Numbered from the stretch's first letter, positions 1 to 14,190 are shown. The stretch is 64,000 nucleotides of DNA from the human T2T-CHM13v2.0 reference genome, Homo sapiens (GCF_009914755.1 NC_060928.1), one strand, 5' to 3'. Translations and numbers: made by a program. The notes: generated by a model not told the origin, from the sequence alone.

Positions 1-275
1 CAGGTTCCCTGGAGTTTACAGCTTAGCTGAGGGGGAAGACAAGGGAGGAACAAGAAAACAAAGGAACACGATCACTGCAGATTGTGATAAGTGTTATAGA
101 GGGGGAAAAACCGTCAGTGATGACTTCAGCAGTGCAGGTCAAGGGAACATCGAAGGAAGTGACATTTGGGCTGAGATCTGAATGGCAGGAAGGAGTCAGC
201 CCCATACCAGGCAGAGCTTTCCTGGCAGTGAACTTGTTAGGGCAGAGGCTCCAGAGGAAATACGCCTGGCATGTT
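1..275 (-). mobile_element. L2 (LINE2) fragment, ancient
   Basis: Purine-rich L2-like motifs such as 'ggaagtgacatttgggctgagatctgaatggcaggaaggagtcagcc' and 'cctggcatgttc'; degenerate, boundaries approximate. Confidence 0.55.
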
Positions 276-975
276 CTCTGTAAAGAAGCTCATGTGTACC
301 ACGCTTTCTCTTCATGTGAATATGCAGCATTTAAAGAGCTTGTTCTTCATGCTTTTAACTCTAATCCCTTTTGTTCCAAATTTTGAGAGAAAAAAAAACA
401 GAGAACAGAAGGAAAATAGAGTAAAATTTTTCTGCACAGTACATACTCAAAATGGTCCGACAATATTTCAATCTTATTTTTAAAGTCACTTTAGGACAAA
501 GATCAGAATGATAATGTTTAATGGTATAAGGGATGTTTCCCCCACCGCTCCCCAAAAGCCTAATTTCTCTAAATGGCAAATTTCCATTGGCAATGGTCTT
601 ATCACATACTAAATGTTTACAGTTTTTTTTAACTTTTTATTATGAGTTGATAATTTTTAAATGGATTGACCACTCATCAATTGCTTTACAGCTATAAAAG
701 AAAAATACTCATTATTTTTTGACAGTAGAGAATGTGCAAAGTTGGAGCTAATTTTCTGCAAAATATTTTACCCATTTGGCACCTTCTTCCGTGTTAAATT
801 GTCTCGCTTTCTCGCTCCGTCATCATTCCCACTCAATCTAAAGACAGGGAAGGTTTGGAAGCAATTAACATAAAGGAAGCATTGATCTAGCTATCCTGAG
901 AGTTTCAGTGCAAGTTTTGGTATCAAGAGTGCTATTTTTATTTTGTTTTTCAAAAAGGTAGAAAAGAGCTCATAG

Positions 976-1327
<352 letters not shown>

Positions 1328-1382
1328 GGAATATTTGAATTTTATCCTTGGTACCTGAAAATGGAAACCATTCCAACATTAA

Positions 1383-1385
<3 letters not shown>

Positions 1386-1421
<36 letters not shown>
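1386..1421 (+). repeat. Poly(A) tract, 36 nt
   Basis: Uninterrupted A run. Confidence 0.95.
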
Positions 1422-1424
<3 letters not shown>

Positions 1425-1639
1425 GGAATTTATAAGGTAAAGCCACTGGGCAAATCGCCCAGGTTCTCTAAGCCTCATTTTCTACAGTGAAACTAGTGGC
1501 CTCTATGATTAAATAATGAACGTGAGAGCTGGAAGGAAGGACTCCTGGAACCCATCTCAGTTTAGAGGTTTTGAACAGTTTTCTTTTTCTGGAATGTTCA
1601 CACTCACTTTTTCCACCTAACAAATTTCCCAAGAGCTTT

Positions 1640-1810
1640 CAGCTGAGCAGGCTTAGCCCCAGAGAGACCTAGACTCATATCTTAGCTCTGCTACTTAGTA
1701 GCTTATCACCTCAAGGTCTCATTTGTAAAATGGACATCAAAAGAAGGCTTACTAGGATTGTTAAAAAAAAAAAAAAGTTGACTGAGATAATTCATATATA
1801 CTTGCCTATG
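1640..1810 (+). mobile_element. MIR fragment
   Basis: 'agacctagactcatatcttagctctgctacttagtagc...ctcatttgtaaaatgg' matches the MIR core. Confidence 0.65.
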
Positions 1811-2160
1811 TACAGCTCAGCTGCTATCTGTGTCTAGGGTCTGCCACCATGAATATTAACTATTATTTTTACAGTAGATATTCTTTTATCTGATATAAAA
1901 TGGCCTGGTAGTAGGTAGGCTAATAGAACATTGGTTAAAGCAGAGATAGCATGACTAATGGCCATAAGCTTAGGGCACAAACAATGTTTTACAGAGGAAA
2001 GAAAGCATGTCAGCTAACCTAGAGAGTATGTCAAGTGGAGGATGTCTTTAAGAGTGTCCACGGAATTTTTTTTAGGTCTGAGTTTAAATATTTCCTCTCA
2101 GGGGTCTGGTCTTCCCATACTCTCTACATAATCTTAGTTTTCTCTGTCATGTGCTGTTGT

Positions 2161-2466
2161 ATTATTATTATTATTTTTCTTTTTGAGACAGAGTCTTGCT
2201 CTTTCGCCCTGGCTGGAGTGCTACAGTGGCACGATCTCGGCTCACTGCAACCTCTGCCTCCTGGTGTGATTCTCGTGCCTCAGCCTCCCAAGTAGCTGGA
2301 AATTACAGGCACGTGCCACCACGCCCGGCTAATTTTTTGTATTTTTAGTAGACACAGGGTTTCACCATGTTGGCCAGGCTGGTCTTGAACTCCTGACCTC
2401 AAGTGATCCACCCGCCTCAGCCTCCCAAAGTGCTGAGATTACAGGCATGCACCACCGTGCCCGACC
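2161..2466 (-). mobile_element. AluS (Sx/Sz-like)
   Basis: Antisense Alu with 'ggccaggctggtcttgaactcctgacctcaagtgatcc'; degenerate TSD atgtgctgttgtatt / acgtgctcttatatt. Confidence 0.95.
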
Positions 2467-3861
2467 ACGTGCTCTTATATTAACAACCAGTATTTACTAA
2501 GCACATACTATGTGCCAGGAGATAGTCTACATATTCCATGTCTATTAGTATTCTTAATACTTGCAGGACCCCAATTAAGCAGGTGTTGGTGTTTTCCTCA
2601 AGTTCACACAGCTGATCAAATCAGTGAGGGCTGTGACCCTAGATAGCCTAGCTGCAGAGTCAGTGAAGAGAATAACTACATAGCCCTGCTAACTCATCAT
2701 GTCCGGCACTCCTCCTGCCAGGATTCACAGCACACTTGATATAAGCACAATTTGTCTGTCTTCCTGGGCAGCTGAGCTCCACGAGGTAAGAATCACATCA
2801 GTACTGTCACCATAGAATTTGATTCACAACAGGCAGTCAATACATCTGGGGATGATTTACAAAGCCTCATTTTACAGATCAGAGTATGAAGTCAAGTGAG
2901 GAGGTTTAGTGACCTGCCCAATGGCCAAAGCCAACGTTTGAATGTTGGTCTTCTTATCCCGAGATAAGAAGTCACTTTCTTTTGACTTCATCAAGTTTGT
3001 TTTGTTGGTTTTCTTGCTCAACATCTTCTTACCCATTTAACAACATCTTGTCTCTGAAGTCACAGCATCCAATCCCATCCCTGGCCAGGTCTTAAATTCA
3101 ATTTCCCTGAACCTGATTTAAGTCTTCAATGAGAGTTTTAAGTACATTTTTTTTTAAAAGGAGAAAGCACTAAATGCGAAAACATCCAGATAGAAAATAA
3201 AACACAAAGCTTAACCACAGCCAAGCTGCTTTCTGTGCCAGTGATGATGCCTGCACCCATAGTACCAGGCTTCGTAATTACCTCTCTGCCTGAGGTTCCA
3301 CAAAGCCATACCTTTGAACTGAAACAGAAAAAGAAATAAATAAATAACTAGCTCTGATGATTAGCAAGGTACTGCAGCTGCAGGAAAAATCTCCCACATC
3401 TAACTTACCATCATATCATCACCCCTGATGTTTGTTTCTTCTTCCAGCCAAGATGAAGAGAAAACTGAATTGTGCTTCTAGTGTACAATCTTACCTAATT
3501 ATGCCAGCTGATCACTTAAAAGTAATGTTTGCACACAGACCGGGAAGATGCTTACAAGAACCAGCTGGTTGATAAAGGCTATAAGTGAGGATTTGATTCG
3601 TTTTCAAAGAAGTGTTAACTATTTACATCTATTTATAAACACCACATCACAACACAAGTTACTGTGCGGCACTGCAAAGTGATACTATACTCAAATTCCA
3701 CAGAGGCAGGCAAATTTAGGAATAAAAGTACTGCTCAACACGTAGAATGTAAGACACTACCATTCGCCACTTTGGGATGTCCATTTGAGGGAGGGCAGAC
3801 CACCGTCCTTTGGTTTTTAGACACAAATGAAAAATTAATAAGAGTTATTAGGGGAGAGATT

Positions 3862-3889
3862 GTGTGTGTGTATGTGTGTGTGTGTGTGT
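3862..3889 (+). repeat. (TG)n microsatellite, imperfect
   Basis: tgtgtgtgtgtatgtgtgtgtgtgtgt. Confidence 0.9.
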
Positions 3890-4114
3890 ATGCACACAAA
3901 TGTGCTTTCATACAAAGCAGAATAGTACAAGTTAAATATCACTAGCTTTTGGACTTAGAAGTCTTGAGTTAGAAAATTAATCATACCACATGCCACCCAC
4001 ACGCCTTGGCCAAGTTGCTTGACGAGCTGTTGGGATGAGTACATGAGATACTGCAAATGAAAGTCAGGGCACGAATGCTTGTACAACCCAGTAAAGCTGT
4101 AAATAATGAATGCC

Positions 4115-4315
4115 ACATATTCAGTAGTACTATGTGCTGAGACCTGTCCAAACATTGTCTCATCTAATCCACATAACAATCTTATGTAGTAGGTTTTATC
4201 ATCCTCATTTTGCTTTTCACTTAAGTGTCTTTGTCCAAGAGGCAAAGTGGAATTTGAACCTACACCTATGTGGTCAAAACTTTGTTTGAGTTCCAAAGTC
4301 CATGTTCATAACTGT
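4115..4315 (-). mobile_element. MIR
   Basis: 'ctcatctaatccacataacaatcttatgtagtaggttttatcatcctcatttt...ggaatttgaacc' is antisense MIR. Confidence 0.7.
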
Positions 4316-4439
4316 TAAACTCCCTGGTTCTACACACTCTCCTCACTGGCAAAGTTTAGGCATCTTTAATCCATCCAATTTCTGAAGAATTTACCCACAA
4401 CACGGGTGTTCACCCATGCTTTTAAGACTGAACAGGGAT

Positions 4440-4870
4440 TTCCTTAACTCAACACATGGTTATTGAGTGCCAGCCATGTCCTGGCATGAGCCTGGTTGCT
4501 GGGGATAGGAAAGTGAATAAGACAGTGAGCATCTCAGCCTGCTTAGAGCCACATGAGGGAGAGATAAAACAAGGAAAGCATTACACTGTGATGTCATACA
4601 TGTTAATGGTACCTAAATAGTACCTGGTATATGGTAGATGCAGAGTAAATACATGTGGGATAACAGGGAAGTATTTGCAATGCAGTGGTAGCTGAGATAC
4701 TGCCTAGGAAATCTGAGGGAGGCAGCCTTCCTGGAGGGGGTGGCTGGAAAGAGAGACCCTGAATGATGAGTAGCTCACCTAGCAGATATAATGTGGGAAG
4801 GACACCACAGGCAAAAGGAAGCGACCTGTTTCATAGTATAATGAGACCTGTTAACAACTTGGAATAAACA
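4440..4870 (-). mobile_element. L2 3' end fragment
   Basis: 'caacacatggttattgagtgccagccatgtcctggca...gtgaataagacag' is typical of the antisense L2 3' end. Confidence 0.6.
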
Positions 4871-5579
4871 GCTCCAATTATTCCTAATATGAATCCTCAG
4901 TGTGTCTAAATCTATAGGCCATTTACTGAGTGAAGAGATTAACCAGAAATAACAAATTATAGCCAAAATGGCAATTCTAAGACAGAAGCTAGGGTTTTCC
5001 AGGTTAATGACCCAGAGAATGAGGAATACTTGAAGACCCTAACCTTTCTGAGTGCATTGAATCCCCAAGGCAAGCAGGGTACCTTGAATATCTATTGGCC
5101 ACATCCAGTCTGTAATTCATGTGGGTCTTTGCAAGGCCACATAATGCGGGTAAAGAAGAAAAGTGCTCCTTTTCTTCTAATTCTAGACTCTAATTCTATT
5201 CATATAGGGAGATGGAGGGAACCACAATCATTGCATGTAAGTGAGGCCACTCTTTTTTTTTTAAACTGAGCCCAGGTTTACAATGTTTCCAATAGCCAAA
5301 CCAGTCAATAGGTGGGACTTCATGAAATGACATCATTTGGCCTCTCTAGTGAAACAGAAAAACATCCAGAGCACGGCCTGGGAATTCTGGGCAATGGGCT
5401 TCACTCTCTGCTTCATGAGGTTGTTACTGAACATAGGAATTAAATGATATATGAGATACAATACACAGGCAAATTCTTTCCCATAATGGTTAATAAACAG
5501 CAATTTTCATTTTCTCTAGGAAGCCTTAATACAATTAAAGCACCAAAATATAGTTTATTTATAAATCACCTATGAAACT

Positions 5580-5850
5580 AATTTTATATATATGTGCCTA
5601 TGTATGTATAATACGTCATGTATATTCATTATATATTATCATTATATATTCTATTATTTATGTATAAATTAATATCACTAATATTGATTTAGTTTAGCCC
5701 TAATGTTATATATATCTATCTAATCTACTAATGGATTATAGACTAGATAGAGAAATATTAATCTATCTAATATGTAGATAGGAGATAAAGATGATAGATA
5801 TAGATAGATACATAGATCCAGAGATAGATAGATTAGATAGATGAGATAGC
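5580..5850. repeat. AT-rich low complexity plus degenerate (TAGA)n tetranucleotide repeat
   Basis: 'gatagatatagatagatacatagat...gatagattagatagatgagatag'. Confidence 0.8.
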
Positions 5851-8800
5851 TATAACACTGAGACTAAAACAATATTCGAATCATAATTGGACAGGTTGAT
5901 TTTAAATCACATAATTGTCACAGAATGAAAGTCTTCAGAGCACTTCTAGTCCCAATAGTTCAGCATCTATAACCTTCCAAGTCATATTTATTTCAGTGTA
6001 AACAAAAGCAAAAGGACAAAAATGAAATTCAGTTGAAGAGATTCTGGCCATTTAAAACAAAAACATAAATATTACCTTACCTGGGGCTCATCTACATTTC
6101 CTATTTCCACCAATGTGTAAATCCTGAAATTTCTACCTCCAGAATATGAATATTCACCAGTAAATGAATGGATGGATTAAATTGTTATGCAAAAGACATT
6201 GTCTTTCTAGTGCATTGAAATTCTTTCTGCCTCACTCTGGTGAGCCAGGCTCCTCCCGCAAAAGGTTTTATAAGATAGACAGAGTTCTTCAACAAGCGTT
6301 TCCAACAACTGCTAAACCTTAGCTCTAATGTACACCGTGAAAAGGGAAAATCCTCTTTCTAAGCCCATTTATGATTTATTAGCTTATTCATTTGACTGCA
6401 AATGCTTGAGAAAATCTGCTCTTTTCAACAAGCTTAAACATTTGGGAAAGGGCAGAACAAAAAAAAAAGGAAAATAAAGGAGAAAAAGAATTGAAAAGGT
6501 ATATTAAATGCAAATGGAAGGAGCTTAGTGAGGCATCAAGACTGACATTTGAACTGCAACAACTCGGCGGGTAATTTGAGATTGATTAAATACTAAACTA
6601 GGCTTGATTGGTGTAGAAGCTCAATCATAATCATGATTCAGAGACAGGAACGTAAAGGAAGATTCCCTCGTGAGAACCTGAAGTCTGAAGAAAGTGCAAA
6701 CCAGTTGCACAGAAAATTCTTATTTGCTATTCATCATTACATCCTGCCACACTTAAAGGAGTGCTGGTAAAATACAAAAACAACCCCATCACCAAGAAAC
6801 AAGAATCCAGATCACAAGTTGTGCTTCATGGATATCTCCTTGAAGGCACTACCCGTCTCTCTCATCAGCAGAGAAGGCAGCTCCACTCGGGGCAGCATTG
6901 CAGAGACAGCAGGAGGACAGTGTCAGAATAAGAGGCAATTCAGAAGGGCTGGATACAGGTTGAGATTTTAAAAAGGAGTGTAGAGCTATGCAAGATGAAA
7001 GAAATAAGTGCTAAGATGCATCTGAAAAGATGCTACTCTTTTTTTGCTCTTAAACGTATTCAGAATTTTCCTACCGTACTTGGAAAAGCTAAAAAACCAA
7101 ACCAAAACAAAACAGGATGAGAACAAGGATAACTGGTTAAGCAAAGACTACAATTCTGAGATGCTTGGCAATAGGCTTTGCAAGGCTTTCAATTTAGTTC
7201 ATAAGATTTGCTAGGCAAATTAGTGTCAAAAAGGCCTTATTTTGGAAAAACAGAAATATACATACGTGTGTGTGTAATGTGGAATGTGAATAGATCAAGA
7301 AAATTCTCTTGTCTACACGCAGTTCAATATTCACATTTTGCCAGAACTGCAAGATCAACATGATCTTGCTTTTCTTATTTCAAAATTTTGCACATATGTC
7401 TATGCTTTGACAACTGGAGGGTTGAAAAGAAACAAGGAGGATCACAAAGATTCACGGAAAAGCCTCAGAGTGGCCAGTACCTGGGCCCTGGCCAGATGAC
7501 ACACTGGTTGGGCCAGACCTCCCGACCCTTTCAGGATTTCGTATCCTCTTATCTCCTAACGGCCATCAGGCAGAAAGGAGCAGCTGGTTTTCTCCTCTTT
7601 GACTCTTGGTTGTTGCCACTTTTGTACTTCCTGTCTCTTTCTGGAATCTTTCTCTCATTCCACCTCCCACTTCCACCAAACCATTTCCTTCCCTTCCAGT
7701 CCCAAAGCTGCATTTCCTCCCTTTCCCCAGGATGCTTCCATCTGCTCTCCTCGCTCTCCAATCCTCTCGTTCTAGAAGCTCCACCTCAGTTCTTACAGAC
7801 GCTCTTTATGCCATCTGTTAGCAGGATGTAAGTGGCAAACCATCGTCTTAGGATAAAATAATACTCAAACTTCTAATCAAACTTTCAAGGCTCGCCTCCA
7901 CCTGGTGCCCAGCCAGATTCATGTATCAATACATTCCTGCATTCCTTTACTCAAGTCAAGCGGATGGACTCTGTTTTTTCTCTGGCCCCTACACTTCTCT
8001 GCCTTTAGGATTTTGCTTACGCTGTTTCCCTAGTCTTAAATACATTTCCTTCCACCTCCTCCAGTGTGCTTTTCTGGATACCTCTAGTTAGGAAAGTTAC
8101 CTCCTTTTAGCCCATAATCTGTAACCCCTCCTCTTGGATGTGTGATTGTGTGTCTGTGTTGGAGGTACACAGTCCATGAGCACAGTTTCATCAGTGCTAG
8201 ATTACAAAATATTTAACAGCAGAATCCCCTGTAAGTTTTTGTTGTATCTCTCTCAGAGTTTGGACACCTATCATGTGATAGATATTGGGAGATAGTATAG
8301 TGATAAAGGAAAGAGCAAGCCTAGAAACTTCCATTTTAGAATTACAGCAAGACCACGTGCACTTAAAAAAATCCTATCTGAAATGATAGAGAAGTAACAG
8401 AAAAAGTGTGACTTAAGGAGCCAAAGGGAATGGAAGAGGTAAGATGAGTGAGAACATTCAATGAATTCTTGGAAGATGGTAATTGAATAGAGAAATACTC
8501 CTATCTTTATTAAAAGTGGAGACACCTGCAACACGGCACCCTGCAGCAAAGAATACCAAAGAAAAGTGAGCCAGTGTATACTACAGAACCCCCAAAAGGC
8601 TCAGAACTTGAATGCGTGGCTGAAGAAGATGGGTGAAGCACGGGATTGGTAATTGGGGTTCTGCTAAGAACACTTACATTCTCAGGTGAGAGCACTTACA
8701 TGCCCTACCCACTCCCCTCCTCCCTCACTGGAACTCCTCATTGCTTCCTTACTCATGCTAAGCAGAGTGTTAGTAAGTTCTTCTCTGGAGAAATGAAAAG

Positions 8801-9475
8801 GATCCAGGAAAAAAGAACTCTAGGAACTGTCACAGGGGTGATTCCAGTGAACATGCTCACTGGCTACCCAGTCAATCGGTGGTGAGAACCACTAAGCAAA
8901 AGCTTCATCACACTCAGAGCTTGTAAGTAGCTGTTAGCACCATATGTTTAAGGGGACCACCAGGAATCCCCAGAATTAGGCAAAGTTCCCAATACAAAAC
9001 AGAGAAACTGACACAAATAAACAGGGAGAAAATAACGAACAAAAGAAAGAGACAATGCAGAAAGCAGAAGAAAACTTTTATTTGAAAACACAATTTATTT
9101 TTTAAAACCGTGTGTCTATATGCTGCTTTGATAAAATATATATTAATATAAAAAGAGGGCACATTTTTAAGAGTATAATAGATCTGGGTTTGAAGCATGA
9201 TTCCCCTGGTTAAATCCTGTGTGTGTTATATAAAAGTAATTGAATCTCCCTGACCTCAGATTTCACATCTATGAAATTACCGTAGTAATATACTAACTCA
9301 TGGGGTTGTTTTCATAAGTAAAAGGAGGTGATGTCACTTAGTCTGTATGTTCTGTGCTAAATAAATGACTTAGGAATTTTTTATGACCAGTACTTCTCAT
9401 CATTTTTTTGGAGTGGCAGATGCCTAGGAGAACTAGATGAAGGCTGTGTATCCTCTCACTCGAAAAACACACACA

Positions 9476-10173
<698 letters not shown>

Positions 10174-10879
10174 CATATGTGTGGAGGAGAGATCTCACAT
10201 AATTCCCAAGGCATGTCAGACTCTCTGAAGCCAAGTGAAACTTGTCCAGGTAAAATAATTGATCTACATGAAGGAGTCATTAAGAGCAAGCATATTCCTT
10301 TTTGTTTCTTTTAAATCAACTGCAGTGATCAGCAAAAAAGGCAACTCAGTGAATGGAGTAAGAACTCTATCTAATTCTGCCTGTGCCAAATGGAGGTGAT
10401 TCTGCATGAATAACAGCAGAAGTTATTGGACCCGAGGAGGTCCAAGGAGTGTCATTTCATTTGGTTCATGAAAGGAAGATGGCTGATCCAATTAGCCTGT
10501 GCCGACCTCAGACCTGATGATGCTTTTAATTTTCTAAGGCTGCAGGGTTGAGAATAAGGGCTCCTGATGGTTCCAGCAGAGAGAGAACCTAGAAGACATT
10601 GTTTTCTTCTGCAAAAGGATGTGCGGATCTCATGGAAATGCTGAGCTGCCTTTTCTCAGAAAGAGCTGACTGTGTCCATGGAATCTATTATTGAGCAATC
10701 AAGCACCTCTAGGCAATGGGGTTGAATAGAACGGTGCAGAACTCATAGTCAGACTGACATGGATTTAGATCCCAGCTCCATGACTTCTAACCTGCATGAC
10801 CTTGGACAACTCAGCCTCTCTGAGCTTTTTTTTTTTTTTTTTTTTTCTATTTTAAGTGCAAATATCATAAGGGAAGACT

Positions 10880-11260
10880 GAACTTCTTTTAGGAGTATAG
10901 GACAAGCAGCAAGGAGGTGGGATGGCTGGAGTAGAGTGAGGAAGAGCAATACAGAGATAAAGTAAGAGGAAGAATAAGCCGGGTCACATAGATCTCACAG
11001 CAAAGTTTTAGGTTTTCTTTTGAGTAATATGAAAAGCCATCGGAGGGTTTTGAAGAGAAGAGAGAGACATGATCTGACCTACATTTTCAAAAGCTTACTC
11101 TGGCTATTGTGTGGAAGTAGAAGCAAAAAGTCCCTATGGTGGTTGTTGCAACCATCCTGGGACAGAACGTGGTGGCTTTGAAGAAGGCAGTGGTAGTGAT
11201 GGTGCTGATGACAAAAGAAGTCAGATTCAGGATGTCCAAGGAGCATTTCTAAATGAAAGG
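10880..11260 (-). mobile_element. L2 fragment
   Basis: 'aagccatcggagggttttgaag...gacatgatctgacctacattttcaaaagcttactctggct' is a common antisense L2 segment. Confidence 0.75.
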
Positions 11261-11559
11261 ACAACTGAGGCATCCAAGTAACTGAGGACAACTTCATAAA
11301 AAGAATGTGGCTTATGCTAAGAAGAATGCAACCAAGCAAAGGTGCTAGTTTCTTTTTTTCTCAGTAATTGGACACTTGGATATTAATTGAGCACATGACT
11401 GTCCAGACATGTCTCTCTGGAAACTAAGTGTGACCATGTAAGCAAGCATTAGCTAATGGAGTATCAGCAGAAGTAGTGGGTGCATCTAGTGGGAGCTATG
11501 ATTAAAGTGAAGAGGCACATCCCTTTCTCTTTCTTTCTGTGTGCTAATATGGGCGTAAC

Positions 11560-11776
11560 CAGGGCTGGAACTGCCATCCTGGACTCTGGATTGCAACCCA
11601 TGCATTGAGACTGGCAGAAATCAGGAAAGATGCCTTTGTACCTGCTGATCCTGGTGCATCTATAAAAGCCCTGGATTGTCTGAATTCGTAACAAAACTTC
11701 ACAACAAAACTTTAATTTGTTTAAAACAGTTATTTTGGGTATTCTGTTACAGCTGAACATAGTCCCAACTGAATCA
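11560..11776 (+). mobile_element. Old MLT1-type LTR 3' fragment
   Basis: 'ttgtttaaaacagttattttgggtattctgttacagctgaacatagtcccaactgaatca' resembles an MLT1 LTR end. Confidence 0.5.
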
Positions 11777-11789
11777 AAAGAAAATAAAA

Positions 11790-11997
11790 TAATTACTATT
11801 ACTACATTCATTACATGTTTGCTATGTTCTGGGTATTGTGGAAGGCACTTTACACATATCATGTTCTCTCATCTTCAGTACCCCAAGAAGAAGGTGTTGG
11901 TATTATCATCATTTTACAGATAACAAAGCTGGTGCAGTGAGAGGTCAAATAACTTGTCCAAGATTACTTGCCTAGCTTATAATTAGCAGAGTTAGGG
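11790..11997 (-). mobile_element. MIR
   Basis: 'attatcatcattttacagataacaaagctggtgcagtgagaggtcaaataacttgtccaag' MIR core. Confidence 0.75.
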
Positions 11998-12887
11998 TTG
12001 CTAAAATTTGACAAATAGGAGAAAAGGGAGAGGACATACTGATGAAATTATAGAGAAAGAAAAATACCTTTGATATTGTTATCTGGCAGCATTACATTTT
12101 GACTTCTTATGTTGAGATTCAAATATAAAATAATTTGGTTTATATTCCTTAAACTGAATTAACTTTTTAAGCTTAATACTTTTTTAGAGAAAATGTTTAT
12201 GAATTTGGTATATTCTAAGCACATTGACACTAACTCTACTTCGACAGTGTAACTTCAAATTTCATAATGAAACAAAAATTGCACAGCCCAAGTCTTGAAG
12301 TTGATTAGAAGAGAGATAAGTAACTGGCTTAGAATTTTTTGAGCTGCATGTTAACAATCTACCCACAAGGCTCTGAGAAAGACTACTGCCCAGATTAGGA
12401 TCATCAGACTTAAGGGACCTCTGTAAGTACTAAGTACCACCAGTACTACTGATACCTGGGGAAATAGGACACTGGACACAGGAGTTAGCTGGGGTTGAAA
12501 TTAGGAACCTCTCACATTCCTAGAAAGCAAAACTGCAAGACCATCTGAACAATTTTGAAAAATCCTATAAATTGAGGGACTCAGAATAACTTAATATTTA
12601 CTGAGTGCTTAACACACAGTCACACAAGTTCATTTGAATATTCCTATTTTACTCATAAGGAAACAAACAGCGATGAAATCCTTGCTCCTTCCAATGCTCC
12701 ACTGTTGGACAAAAATAAATATTTATTCACTTAAAAAACACACTTTTATCTTAATCTTGGGGCATAATAAAATCTGAAAGAAAAGAAATCAAATATGCTT
12801 ACTCAATTATAACTAGAAAAGCTAGGTCTGTCTAATGTTCAGGCCAATAAGATATTCTAGAAAATTCACTGAAATTCATAAAAGGGA

Positions 12888-12965
12888 ATATGTCTGATTA
12901 GTCAATAAAGGACTTTAAGATGAGATATATGTCTAATTAATCAATAAAGGACTTTAAGATGAGAC
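12888..12965 (+). repeat. Tandem duplication, 39-bp unit x2
   Basis: atatgtct(g/a)atta(g/a)tcaataaaggactttaagatgaga(t/c) repeated head-to-tail. Confidence 0.92.
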
Positions 12966-13151
12966 CTTTCTTATAACTTATTTTCAATAGACATTTCTTA
13001 ATATTGGTGTCCTTGAGAAGTATGTACAAATGTGATATTATGGCACAAAACAGAAGAAACAATTAATTTTCCTTTGCCTTTTATTCCTTCATTCTTTGTA
13101 TACTTATTGAGTGTCAGTTGTCTTTTCTTGCGGTATCTCCTTTCACACTAA

Positions 13152-13497
<346 letters not shown>

Positions 13498-13509
13498 TCC
13501 TCATTTTCT

Positions 13510-13910
13510 ATTACTCAGTCTATTCCAGCTCCGCAGCCCTTTGCTGCTCCCCTGGGCACACCTCCACCCCTAGATCTTTGTACTTGCTCTCTTAACAGCC
13601 TGTAAGTCTCTTACCCAATGTCCATGGTTCACTCTCTTACTTCATTCAAGTCTCTGCTCAAATGCCATCTTTCCAGAGAAATCATTTCTGGCCATTCTCT
13701 CTACAGTAGTAGCCCCTTAACTTAATATATTTTTCACCATGGCACTTAGTTCTTCTTGATACTCTATTATGTGTTGCTTGTTTATTTACTAATGTTCTGC
13801 CTCCTCTACAAGGGAGGGCTTATTGTCTGTTTTGTTCACTAATGTCCAGGGCTTGCCTCAATGCTTGATCCACCTTAGGGACTTATTAATGAATTGTGTA
13901 TAAATGAATA
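13510..13910 (+). mobile_element. L2 3' end
   Basis: 'cttcattcaagtctctgctcaaatgccatctttccagaga...tgtctgttttgttcact...aatgaat'. Confidence 0.7.
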
Positions 13911-13919
13911 AACTTTGCA

Positions 13920-14190
13920 AGGGGTCACAAGCTTAAGCATTTGGTCTGCAATATGCTTTGGGAAAAATGAATGAACTGCCAAACTTTCACAATCAGTATT
14001 TCCAGATTCTCTTGAAAAATCAGATCTGACATCACTGTGCCATCACACCTATGTGGCGTGATTGAGTGAAAGTAGAATAGGGGTTGTCCCCTTTACATAG
14101 GGCATATGTTCTGCAGTTTGGGACAGAATTCCATCAGTGATAGTCTTCACCCCTACGAGCACGTGACTCCTATAGGTGCAAGCTTTAGAA
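13920..14190. mobile_element. hAT DNA transposon relic (MER102-like)
   Basis: 'tttccagattctcttgaaaaatcagatctgacatcactg...cccctttacatagggcatatgttctgcagtttg' recalls the MER102 consensus. Confidence 0.6.

Noticed and set aside
6075-6130. Minus-strand donor CAG|GTAAGG at 6080 with a possible 43-nt exon
   Set aside because: The upstream acceptor lacks a pyrimidine tract and the peptide is not recognisable.
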